A stretch of 64,000 nt of DNA from Octopus vulgaris (taxonomy: Eukaryota). Below the pieces are notes generated by a model. It was given only the letters and a program-made list of their open reading frames with translations. It had not been told where the DNA came from and searched no databases. The stretch is taken from NCBI GenBank assembly GCA_951406725.2, contig OX597839.1, forward strand, positions 18,414,001 to 18,478,000, given 5' to 3'. Each line of letters starts with the position of its first letter. Within the stretch, counting starts at the first letter, position 1. This document shows, one piece after another, positions 39,598-51,645 of this stretch. The translations under genes were made by a program, and so were the position numbers.

Positions 39598-42572
39598 TGA
39601 CTTGACCTGACAGCATTCACCCGGGGTGGGTTGAGCTGGCTTCATTTATCCTCAATGCTGCATCTCTCACAAATGCCGACCAGGCCTGACGATTCGAGGC
39701 TAACAACCGCGTGATCTCCAACCACTCCCTATTCCAGCGACCAACGCCTTAGATATGGGGGCCTAGGTTGGCTTCCAGATCAGCCTTGACTGTCATCAGC
39801 CAGGTTTTTCGTTGTCCACCACATCGCTTTTGCCAACCCTGAAGGGGAGCTGGGGCAATTGCTTCGTAGGTTGGTTCCAGATCAGCCTTGACTGTTATCA
39901 GCCAGGTTTTTCGTTGTCCACCACATCGCTTTTGCCAACCCTGAAGGGGAGCTGGGGCAATTGCTTCGTAGGTTAGGTTCCAGATCAGCCTTGACTGTTA
40001 TCAGCCAGGTTTTTCGTTGTCCACCACATCGCTTTTGCCAACCCTGAGGGGGAGCTGGGGCAATTGCTTCGTAGGTTAGGTTCCAGATCAGCCTTGACTG
40101 TCATCAGCCAGGTTTTTCGTTGTCCACCACATCGCTTTTGCCAACCCTGAGGGGGAGCTGGGGCAATTGCTTCGTAGGTTAGGTTCCAGATCAGCCTTGA
40201 CTGTCATCAGCCAGGTTTTTCGTTGTCCACCACATCGCTTTTGCCAACCCTGAAGGGGAGCTGGGGCAATTGCTTCGTAGGTTAGGTTCCAGATCAGCCT
40301 TGACTGTTATCAGCCAGGTTTTTCGTTGTCCACCACATCGCTTTTGCCAACCCTGAGGGGGAGCTGGGGCAATTGCTTCGTAGGTTAGGTTCCAGATCAG
40401 CCTTGACTGTCATCAGCCAGGTTTTTCGTTGTCCACCACATCGCTTTTGCCAACCCTGAGGGGGAGCTGGGGCAATTGCTTCGTAGGTTAGGTTCCAGAT
40501 CAGCCTTGACTGTTATCAGCCAGGTTTTTCGTTGTCCACCACATCGCTTTTGCCAACCCTGAGGGGGAGCTGGGGCAATTGCTTCGTAGGTTAGGTTCCA
40601 GATCAGCCTTGACTGTTATCAGCCAGGTTTTTCGTTGTCCACCACATCACTTTCGCCAACCCTGAAGGGGAGCTGGGGCAATTGCTTCGTAGGTTAGGTT
40701 CCAGATCAGCCTTGACTGTCATCAGCCAGGTTTTTCGTTGTCCACCTCATCGCTTTCGCCAACCCTGAAGGGGAGCTGGGGCAATTGCTTCGTAGGTTAG
40801 GTTCCAGATCAGCCTTGACTGTCATCAGCCAGGTTTTCCGTTGTTCACCTCATCGCTTTCGCCAACCCTGAGGGGGAGCTGGTGCAATTGCTTCGTAGGT
40901 TAGGTTCCAGATCAGCCTTGACTGTCATCAGCCAGGTTTTCCGTTGTCCACCACATCGCTTTCGCCAACCCTGAAGGGGAGCTGGGGCAATTGCTTCGTA
41001 GGTTAGGTTCCAGATCAGCCTTGACTGCCATCAGCCAGGTTTTTCGTTGTCCACCGCATCGCTTTCACCAACCCTGAAGGGGAGCTGGGGCAATTGCTTC
41101 GTAGGTTAGGTTCCAGATCAGCCTTGACTGTCATCAGCCAGGTTTTTCGTTGTCCACCTCATCGCTTTCGCCAACCCTGAAGGGGAGCTGGGGCAATTGC
41201 TTCGTAGGTTAGGTTCCAGATCAGCCTTGACTGTCATCAGCCAGGTTTTTCGTTGTCCACCACATCGCTTTCGCCAACCCTGAAGGGGAGCTGGGGCAAT
41301 TGCTTCGTAGGTTAGGTTCCAGATCAGCCTTGACTGTCATCAGCCAGGTTTTCCGTTGTCCACCACATCGCTTTCGCCAACCCTGAAGGGGAGCTGGGGC
41401 AATTGCTTCGTAGGTTAGGTTCTAGATCAGCCTTGACTGTCATCAGCCAGGTTTTTCGTTGTTCACCACATCGCTTTCGCCAAACCTGAGGGGAGCTGGG
41501 GCAATTGCTTCGTAGGTTAGGTTCCAGATCAGCCTTGACTGTCATCAGCCAGGTTTTCCGTTGTTCACCTCATCGCTTTCGCCAACCCTGAAGGGGAGCT
41601 GGGGCAATTGCTTCGTAGGTTAGGTTCCAGATCAGCCTTGACTGTCATCAGCCAGGTTTTTCGTTGTTCACCACATCGCTTTCGCCAAACCTGAGGGGAG
41701 CTGGGGCAATTGCTTCGTAGGTTAGGTTCCAGATCAGCCTTGACTGTCATCAGCCAGGTTTTCCGTTGTCCACCACATCGCTTTCGCCAACCCTGAAGGG
41801 GAGCTGGGGCAATTGCTTCGTAGGTTAGGTTCCAGATCAGCCTTGACTGTCATCAGCCAGGTTTTTCGTTGTTCACCACATCGCTTTCGCCAAACCTGAG
41901 GGGGAGCTGGGGCAATTGCTTCGTAGGTTAGGTTCCAGATCAGCCTTGACTGTCATCAGCCAGGTTTTCCGTTGTTCACCTCATCGCTTTCGCCAACCCT
42001 GAAGGGGAGCTGGGGCAATTGCTTCGTAGGTTAGGTTCCAGATCAGCCTTGACTGTCATCAGCCAGGTTTTTCGTTGTTCACCACATCGCTTTCGCCAAA
42101 CCTGAGGGGGAGCTGGGGCAATTGCTTCGTAGGTTAGGTTCCAGATCAGCCTTGACTGTCATCAGCCAGGTTTTTCGTTGTCCACCGCATCGCTTTCGCC
42201 AACCCTGAAGGGGAGCTGGGGCAATTGCTTTGTAGGTTAGGTTCCAGATCAGCCTTGACTGTCATCAGCCAGGTTTTTCGTTGTCCACCACATCGCTTTC
42301 GCCAACCCTGAAGGGGAGCTGGGGCAATTGCTTCGTAGGTTAGGTTCCAGATCAGCCTTGACTGTCATCAGCCAGGTTTTTCGTTGTCTACCGCATCGCT
42401 TTCGCCAACCCTGAAGGGGAGCTGGGGCAATTGCTTCGTAGGTTAGGTTCCAGATCAGCCTTGACTGTCATCAGCCAGGTTTTTCGTTGTCCACCGCATC
42501 GCTTTCGCCAACCCTGAAGGGGAGCTGGGGCAATTGCTTTGTAGATGAATTCTCCTGGTTGACGACAAGTCA
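39598..42572 (-). mobile_element. 5'-truncated RTE-clade LINE fragment hosting the 103-bp array
   Basis: Minus-strand translation RQPGEFIYKAIAPAPLQGWRKRCGGQRKTWLMTVKADLE...GVGRWNREWL..LASNRQAWSAFVRDA..SSTHPG*. CAAGT-type tail. TSD AGTGATGTT at 39589-39597 and 42573-42581. Confidence 0.8.
39767..42544. repeat. Tandem array, 27 x 103 bp
   Basis: CAGCCTTGAC recurs every 102-103 bp from 39781 to 42456. Units are near-identical, with no spacers. Confidence 0.97.
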
Positions 42573-43667
42573 AGTGATGTTGATGGTGTGCGAATCTTCT
42601 TCATTTTAAACAAACTCACCGCACCACTCATTGGTCATCCTTGAACGACGACAAGACAGACCTTGTCATTCTCACTGACAAACATGAAGTGCAACAAATT
42701 GTACTTTTGACTCCAGTGTAACATATATCCATCTCTTGTCTTTCTGAATTTCTTCAAAGCAAGTGAAAATTTTCCAAAGCTATTATTGATTTCACATCGC
42801 ATTATATTTGTTTGGTATTTTCACCATTATAACATGCAGACTCATTGAACACATCCTCCTATAAAAGACTGAATGCTATTATTATTGTACTACAAAGTGT
42901 TAGTATTTTAAAGTAGAATGCTCGCTTTAGTGCTACAACCAAATTTTGTTTTGCTTCGTTTTATTTTTATTTTTTTTAGATGGAGAAGTAAATTCCAAAT
43001 GCGTTTGTATTTCTACAAATATTGATTTCTTTCTCAGGAATAAAGCTAGTTTTTGTTTTGATGTAGATATATCTATCTATCAATATATCTATATATCTTC
43101 TATCTTCACCTTTTACTTGTTTTAATCATTGGACTGCGGCCATGCTGGGGCACCGCTTTGAAAGATTTAAGTAAACAAATTAAACCCCAGTATTTATTCT
43201 ATTTGTCACGCACAAAGATCACCTGGTGCAAGGATGTACTATGCTTTCTCTAATGGTTTTCTTTTTTCAAGTGTCTTTAAAGCCACAGCAGACACATATG
43301 TCCTGTTGATCCTCCCTTGTTGGCTCAATAAACCTTCTAGTCATCCAAAGAATGATTGATGACACACACACACACACACACAAAAACCCCCCAAAATCCA
43401 AATAAAAAAAAACATCCCATCAACCAATGCCTTGGTTACGATAGCAAAGGGAGATTAAGATGATAAAGATTCTAGTACTTGACTTTCTATGGCATTCTCA
43501 AGGCCCTTCAGTAAAACTGCATTCAACGTGTTGGTGAAAGAAATTTGCTTTAAAATATACTGTGGCCCTTCTCTTTGTAGTAATCATCATCATTATCATC
43601 ATCATCATTTAACATTCTTTTTTTCAATGTTGGCATGGGCTGGATGGTTTGACAAGAGTTAGAGCAA

Positions 43668-43837
43668 AGGCGTAGGAGTAGCTGTGTGGTAAGTAGCTTG
43701 CTTACGAACCACATGGTTCCGGGTTCAGCCCCACTGTGTGGCATCTTGGGCAAGTGTCTTCTACTATAGCCTCGGGCCGACCAAAGCCTTGTGAGTGGAT
43801 TTGGTAGACGGAAACTGAAAGACGCCTGTCGTATATA

Positions 43838-43875
<38 letters not shown>

Positions 43876-43955
43876 TTTGTGTGTCTGTGTTTGTCCCCCC
43901 ACCATCGCTTGACGACCGATGCTGGTGTGTTTATGTCCCCTTAGTGGTTCAGCAA
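43668..43955 (+). mobile_element. SINE family A, 3'-truncated
   Basis: Matches the family A consensus. Confidence 0.85.
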
Positions 43956-44107
43956 AATTAATTATGATTAATTATGTAGTAAAAATGTGAATAAATAAGC
44001 AGTATGTTTGTCAGAGTATTCCGAATGCTAAAGGATTAAAATATACGGTGCCTCTTCTGTTTGGGGCTGTGATTTATGGTATTTGTTCATGGCTAAGTGT
44101 GCATGTG

Positions 44108-45030
44108 TGAAGGCTTCTGGCTTAGTGATTAGGGTATTCAGCTCATGATTATAAGGTCGTGAGTTCAATTCCTGGCGACATGTTGTGTCCTTGAGCAAAA
44201 CACCTTATTTAACGTTGCTCCAGCAACTCATTTTTATCAGCTGGCAAAAATGAGTTGTACCTGTATTTCAAAGGCCAGCCTTGTCAAGTGTATATATGTT
44301 TATATCTGTCTGTCTGTGACACACTGAATCTCCTTGACAACTACATTAACCCTTTTGTTACCAAATTTCTGTTGAGATACTCTGTTTCTTTCAATTAATC
44401 TTAAATACAGTAGAACCTCACAGTATGAGGGCTCCTTTGTATGAGTATTTTGCTGTATGAGCCAAGACTCGTGCGAATTTTTGTCTTGAAGTACAAGCAG
44501 AAAGCCGCAGTACGAGTGCACAAATTGTCCCATCTTAAAGGTAATTCAGTTAATAAAACCAGTTTACATATTTATTTTGTATTCTCTTTTTTATAATTGT
44601 CATTTGACTTGTAACTACACCATTTCTGTTTTAAAACCCATAAAAAATTATTTTTGTGTGGTTTTTTGGGGCTGGAACAGATTAATTATATTTTAGTTAA
44701 TTTCAATGGGGAAAATTAATTTATAAAATGTGCAAATCATAAGACGAGCTCGATCATGCGAGGTATCACTGCATAACAAAAAAATTTAATAAAGTAACTT
44801 AATTATCCTCAAGTGAATGTTAGAAGCATAAATTGTGATTTAGGTTTGGCGGAAGATTTTAATTCAGAATTTATGAAACAAGACATTTTGTACTACAGAG
44901 CCAGAGGCAGTTTCAGGTGGGTTGGTATCAAAAGGGTTAAGGATACATGTGTCTGTGGAATGCTCAGCCACTTGCACATTAATTTCATGAGCAGGCTGTT
45001 CTATTGATCATTTCACCTGGAACCCTCGTC
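44108..45030 (+). mobile_element. SINE F containing a piggyBac MITE (44350-44936), itself containing a pogo/Tigger-type MITE (44408-44771)
   Basis: TTAA at 44346 and 44937. Inner TIRs CAGTAGAACCTC / GAGGTATCACTG at a TA site. Confidence 0.75.
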
Positions 45031-45777
45031 GTCATAGCTGATGTTGTGCCAATTTTGTACTCATGTGGCCCAAGGCAATAAGTGTTGCAGATCTTGGCTG
45101 CATAAACTCAGCAGAGAATTGGGTGGAGAAAAAGAGCCATATTGATCTTTCAACTATTGATTCTCCAACCATTGATCTTTCAACCATTGCCTCTTGAACC
45201 AGTGCCCCTTCACCCCATTGGCTTCTCACTAATTTACACCCCACCCCATTACTTCTTGACCGCCTCTCTCAACCATTTGCTACTCTTCAACTGGTGACAC
45301 TTAATCACTTGACCTCTTTGACCTTTGACTTTTTTTCCCCACCCAGTTGACCTTTCACTCATTGACTCTTCAAACCAGGAGTTGTAGTAGTAGTAGTAGT
45401 CATTACTAAAACATAAGTTTGTTGCGAATATCATTCTTTTGCTGGCAGTGAGCTGGCAGAATCGTTAGCATGCCATGTCAAAGGCTTAGCAGTGTTTTGC
45501 TTGTCTTGACGTTCTGAGTTCAGATTTTGCCCAGGTCAATTATGCCTTTCAAACTTTTGGGGTTGGTAAAATAGGTATCAGTTGAGCACTGGGGTCAATG
45601 TAATCTACTTAAATACTCCTAAGTATGAGTATAAAAACTGCATCCCTCTGCCAAGCCATGTTGAACCAATGTGGCAGAGTAGGCTCATCCAACCTGTATG
45701 ATCCCAAACTCAAATTCATAGCCTCCACATCAGACTGGTTTGGAGGAGAGAACAAGCTGAGGCCCTCAGCCTGCAAT

Positions 45778-45990
45778 AGTGAGCTGGCAGATATGTTAGC
45801 ATGCTGGGCAAAATGCTAAGTGGTATCTCGTCTGTCTTTATGTTCTGAGTTCAAATTCCACTGAGGTCGACTTTGCCTTTCATCCCTTCGAGGTCGATAA
45901 ATTAAGTACCAGTTGCATACTGGGGTCGATCTAATTGACTGGCCCCTTCCCCCAAAATTTTGTGCCTTGTGCCTAGAGTAGAAAAGAATA
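45778..45990 (+). mobile_element. SINE family B
   Basis: Matches the family B consensus. Confidence 0.85.
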
Positions 45991-46284
45991 AGTATATGGG
46001 GACACACACACACACACCATCCTTTTGGGGGTCAATAAGATATGCACTGGGGTCAATGTAACTGGCTTAACTACTCCTGGGTAAGAGCATAAAAACTGTG
46101 TCCCTCAGCCAAGCCATGTTGAGCCAGTGTGGCAAAGTACGCCCATCAAACCAGTGTGATCTCAAGCTCAAATTCACAGCCTCCACATCAGATTGGTTTG
46201 GTAGAGAGAGCATGCTGAGGCCCTCATCCTGCAGTGGACTGAACATGGACAGTTCAAACCAAACCAATCCAATCCAATCCAGAT

Positions 46285-46512
46285 CATTCTTTTAGCTCCA
46301 GGTCACCTTTGCTGCTCAGTGCATTGGGAGGGAAGCTTCCGCCACTGTATTTGGTCAGCTGCTGATCTTGCAGATTCATTCCATGTAATGTTGACCGTCT
46401 TCAGGTCATCTTGAAATGTCTGCTTGCCAAGTCATCTGTGGCTTGCTCCTTGTATGCCTGACAACGGTTGGTACCCAAATCACGGCTGTTTCTCAGTGCT
46501 GTTGATCAGCTA
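46285..46512 (-). mobile_element. RTE LINE ORF C-terminal remnant (third RTE lineage)
   Basis: WVP..RSKPQMTW / QTFQDDLKTVNITWNESARSAADQIQWRKLPSQC on the minus strand, with one frameshift. Confidence 0.7.
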
Positions 46513-46515
46513 GGC

Positions 46516-47199
46516 CAGTGCTTCTCAACCATGTATTTTACCCACGTACTCCTTTGGTTTCTGTTTTACTCAGATGGACCCTACTAGCCATTCGGTGGTA
46601 AAAAAAAATCCTATTTTATTTTTATAATTAAATAATTAACTATATAGGCACAGGAGTGGCTATAGAGGCGCAGGAGTGGCTTCTCAATCACATGGTTCCA
46701 GGTTCAGTTCCACTGCATGGCACCTTGTGCAAATGTCTTCTACTATAGCCTTGGACCAACCCAGGCCTTTTGAGTGGATTTGGTAGATGGAAACTGAAAG
46801 AAGCCTGTCATAAATATATATATATGTGCACACACACACACACATCTATTTGTGTGTCTGTGCTTGGCAACTGATGCTAGTGTGTGTTTACGTCTCTGTA
46901 ATTTAGCAGTTTGGTAAAAGAGACCAATAGAATGTATACTAGGCTTACAAAGAATAAGTCGTGGGGTTTATTTGTTCAACTAAAGGCAGTGCTCCAGCAT
47001 GGCCTGCAATCAAAACAACTGTAACAAGTAAAAGAATAAAAGAAAATATTATTAGGAATTGTAGAAAAATAATTTTAAAAACATTTTGTGTATTGTAGAA
47101 GCATAACCAATTCATTGCAGATAAATTTTAACAATTTTAAAAAACAAAATCTTACACAGACCCTCCAAGGGCCTTATGGACCTTGGTTAAGAACCACTA
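46516..47199. mobile_element. hAT (Charlie-like) MITE containing a SINE A (46645-47040)
   Basis: CAGTGCTTCTCAACC ... GGTTAAGAACCACTA. Diverged 8-bp TSD AGCTAGGC / GGCTAGAT. Confidence 0.65.
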
Positions 47200-48091
47200 G
47201 GCTAGATGGAGATCATTGCCAAGCCAGGCAGAAACTGGTGGTCTGCTGCAATCTCTTGCAGCGGTTATGACCTTGGTGTCTTCAGAATCTCCCCCATTTT
47301 GTGACACAGTCCCGCCTGTTTGGCCCTCAGGATCTTTCATCGCCCCCCCCCCATTTGATGGAAAACATTTAGTTTTTTGTGACTATTATTCACGCAATAT
47401 AAATATGTACTCGCTGATATATTAAGCTAATTGTTTTGAAGACAGCTTGGCGCTTTCTTTCACTCACTTTCTATATTAAAAACAAACAAACAACAACAAC
47501 AACAACAAAAACAAAGAAACAATAAAAACAAAGCAAAAATTAACTGCAAGATGTCTGAATGGTGAAGGGGAGGAGAGAGTTCATCATAATATTCATAATA
47601 TTTGCCCTTTATTATCTTATCTATTGTAAAGATCTTTATATTACATTAATCTTTTCTGTAATCTTTTAATTTATTCATTAATTTTTTTTTCTTTTTGGTG
47701 TGTGCATTATTGTTTGCCAGCAGTTTGTAAATTTGTAATTTGATTGAAATGAATGAAAAAACAAAAAAAAAGCGACCTACCCCACCCCGTTTTCCTTCTC
47801 CACCCTTAGATTCAATTGTTAAAATTAAAAAAATTTTTACTTGCAAAAAAATTTGTTTTTCTATCTTATATTATTTTATAGTGTTTGTTTATTTACTTAT
47901 GTTTTATTAATTTTTCAAGTATCTGCTTTTAGTCAAGCAGACTGACTTCAATTATAATATTAGTTTTTCTTAAAAAAAAAAAAACAATAAAAAAGAATGT
48001 ATATATGTTTATATCTGTCTGTCTGTCTACATATATGTGTGTCCACTTATCTGTCTATCTGACTGTCTATATATGTGTGTTTGTGTGTGTT

Positions 48092-48141
<50 letters not shown>

Positions 48142-48151
48142 ATTCCATTTG

Positions 48152-48221
<70 letters not shown>

Positions 48222-48231
48222 ATTCCATTTG

Positions 48232-48293
<62 letters not shown>

Positions 48294-48519
48294 CATTTGT
48301 CTATCTATCTGTCTGTTTTTCTGTCTGTCCGTCCGTCCGTCCGTCTGTCTGTCCACATATCTGACTCTGTGTGTGTGTGTGTATCAATCCATTCATCCAG
48401 CCATCTCTATATCTATATGTATACATATATATCTGCAAATGCTTGTATAAAGAACTGTATCCAGGTTCATTCTAAATTCTTTATGATCTTGCATTTAATA
48501 AACAAAGTATATATCACCA

Positions 48520-49065
48520 CCATCATCACCATCATTGTTTAACATCTGTCTTCCATGCTGGCATGGGTTGGACAGTTCGACAGGAGCCTGCACCAGACTT
48601 CAGTGTCTGTTTTGGCATGGTTTCTATGGGTGGATGCCACCAACAACCCAGCAGAGTGGACTGAGTGCTTTTTACATGGCACCAGGTCAGTTTTGACATG
48701 GATTTTACCGTTGGATGCCTTTTCAAAACGCCAACCATTTTAAATTGTGGGCTTTACTATATCATCACCATCTGCCTTCCATGCTAGCATGGGTGGGATG
48801 ATTTCACAAGAGCCGGCCAAACAGAAGCCTGCACCAGACTTCTGCGACTGTTTTAGCAGGATTTTTACAGCTGGATGCTCTTCCTAACACCAACCACTCA
48901 GCAGAGCAGACTTAGTGCTTTTAATGGGGCACAAGCATAGGTGAGGTCAGTTTTGGCAAGGTTTTTACAGCTGGATGCCATTCCGAACACCAACCACTTT
49001 ACAATGTGGACTGGGTGCTTTTAAGTGGCACCTGCACTGACAGGGTCACTAAGTACTTGCAAAAC
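48520..49065 (-). mobile_element. Two family C RTE 3' UTR fragments
   Basis: Family C motifs with (CAT)n ends. Confidence 0.7.
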
Positions 49066-49366
49066 AAAATAAAAAAGACTATATATAAAAATCTATTCAT
49101 GATTATTCTATCTTCTGTTCAATAAACTAGGTCTATTCTAACTTATTGCAGCTTCTACTGGGGTGTGTGGTAAATCCAATGTTTTTAAATCCAGGTGGTT
49201 TAATAAAAACATAGCACAATACTGAACTTCTTACCTAATTTCCAGAAATCTGGGAATACAATGTAATGTCATGCAAGGTGTCGCACAGTGGGATTGAACT
49301 TGAAAACACATGGTTGCAAATGGAGCTTCTTAATTACACAGCTATGCCTGGCTAAATTGAAAATTC

Positions 49367-49820
49367 TTAAACGTATTGTAAATACGATATAAACAAGAAG
49401 ATATTTTATCAAATGCAGAATTCTTTTCGACTCTCAACACAAGGCCTGAAACTTTTGGGGAGGGGTCCAGTTGATTAGGTCGACCCCACTACACAACTGG
49501 TACTTAATTTATCAACCCTGAAAGGATGAAAGGCAAAGTTGACCTCGGTGGAATTTGAACTCAGAATGTAAGGGCAGGTGAAATACCCTAAACATTTTGC
49601 CCGGCGTGCTAATGTTTCTGCTAGCTTGCCGCCCTTTTTTTTTCAAATGCAGAATTGTCGTTAGAACAGCAAAAATACTGGGTAAATTACCTTTACAAGG
49701 TGGAAAAATTTGTCAACAGTCATCCTTGTAAGGGTAATTACCCAGTATTTCTGTTGTTCCAATGGCAATTCTATGTTTGAAAAATATCTTCTTGTTTGTG
49801 TTGTACAATACATATTTTGA
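49367..49820. mobile_element. Fold-back element with ~100-bp arms, interrupted by SINE B (49425-49633, minus strand)
   Basis: 49724-49820 is the reverse complement of 49367-49422 plus 49657-49700. SINE TSD TCAAATGCAGAATT at 49409 and 49643. Confidence 0.75.
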
Positions 49821-50210
49821 CGCTTCTAATAAAAACAGATGTTTGTTTATATTTATACACACACACACACACACACACACATATATGTGTCATATGAATT
49901 TGAACCATCAATGTTTTGGATTGAGTCTTGCTTATTACTGTTGAACTGGAAGTCAAAAAATTATACAGAAAAATGAGCTAGCTCAAACAATGGACTACTC
50001 AGAGCTAACCTCTTATCTTTAGGCTGTGGCCATGCTGTGGCACCACCTGGAAGGGTTTTAGTCAAATGAATTGAGCTGAGTACTTATTTTTCATAAGCTT
50101 GGCACTTACTCTATCGGTCTCTTTTGTTGAACTGCTAAGTTATGGGGGACATAAACAAACCAACACTGATTGTCAAGCAGTGGTGAGGGGACATACACAA
50201 AGACACATAT

Positions 50211-50245
<35 letters not shown>

Positions 50246-50864
50246 TATGATAGGCTTCCTTCAGTTTCAATGTGATGATGATGCAGATCTTTGTCCTCCT
50301 TTTTTATCAGTATCACCATTGCACCTCCTCCTCCACCACTTGTGCTTGTACTCGATGTCTACTTGGTACTTATGATGTACATCTTTTGGTCAGCTCTGTA
50401 AGTTCTTAATATATCTCTTCCTTGACTCCACATAGTTCGGTTTTACATTCTGAGCCATGTATGAGGCATTGCTATTTCACGAAAGGTCACTTTAAGAGGA
50501 AGAGGAAAATGAAACGGATACGAAAATGTTCCTTTCATGGCACAGTATGGTGCAGTGTTGTATAGTCTAGAGCGTAGTGTGATCTACAAATTCACAGATG
50601 TTAGTCAGACTAATATAATTTGTTTACTTGTGTTTTGTGATTTTATGTATTTGTTAGTAGGTTTTTTTTTGGTGTTTTTTTATGTTTTTGCTTACCATTT
50701 TATAATGTCATTAGAAGCATGAAGTGAAATCTTCCTTATTGTACTAATTAATTGGTTTGGTATTTCCCTGTTAATAGGTTAAAGTTTTTTTCTTTTTCTC
50801 CTTTTTCTTTTTTTAATAATTATGTATTGCTGGATTGATGAAATTAGTTGGGCGTTGGACAGAA

Positions 50865-51235
50865 CTGTTTTGTGATATTTGTCAGAGATGACCGACTTGG
50901 TCACCAAAATTGGATTCTTTGGAATTGTCTGCCAAAGAATCAAACAAGCCATCTACAATGTCCCTGCGAGTTCACCGAAGTGGAACCGACATGTTAATCA
51001 ACTATGCCCAGCACAATGTCCCATGCCAGTCACTGAAGAACGCTCGTTAGACCTTAGTGTTCTGATGGACACCTTTTACTTGAAAATGCTGACCACAGGT
51101 GTCACTACTCTATTCCAATTAGAGTCAATCCAATGCTGCGATCAAGATGTTGGACTTATCAAATCAAACTACAAGTGGTTCCATCTCAGGTCGATCCATG
51201 GGGACAGGCTTACAGTGAACATGTTAAAGGGGGTG
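50865..51235 (+). mobile_element. Gypsy-type LTR retrotransposon pol C-terminal remnant
   Basis: FVRDDRLGHQNWI / GIVCQRIKQAIYNV....WNRHVNQL resembles the post-integrase motif VRDYR..W..G.V..R.G...Y.V....RHxNQL. A purine run AAAGGGGG-TGT lies near 51225. Confidence 0.55.
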
Positions 51236-51580
51236 TCAGGAAGATGAGGGTCGTATGAATTTGAACCATCAATGTTTTGGATTGAGCCTTGCTTACTCCT
51301 GTTGCACTGGAAGTCAGAAAATTATACAGAAAACTGAGGTAGCTCAAACAATGGACTACTCATAGTGAACCTCTTACATTTTGCTTGTTTCAGCCATTAG
51401 GCTGTGGCCATGCTGTGGCACCACCTGGAAGGGTTTTAGTGAAATGAATTGACCTCAGTACTTATTTTTATAAGCTTGGCACTTACTCTATCGGTCTCTT
51501 TTGTTGAACAATTAGTTATGGGGGACATAAACCAACACTGATTGTCAAGCAGTGATGAGGGGACATACACAAAGACACAT

Positions 51581-51645
<65 letters not shown>

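Noticed and set aside
39774-39805. CTGATGA plus a hairpin on the minus strand of each array unit as a hammerhead
   Set aside because: There is no GAAA or stem III/UH in register. It is explained by the LINE codons WLMTVKAD.
39767-42544. CRISPR-like array or repeat-protein gene
   Set aside because: There are no unique spacers. The 103-bp unit shifts frame each copy, and the sequence is RTE-derived.
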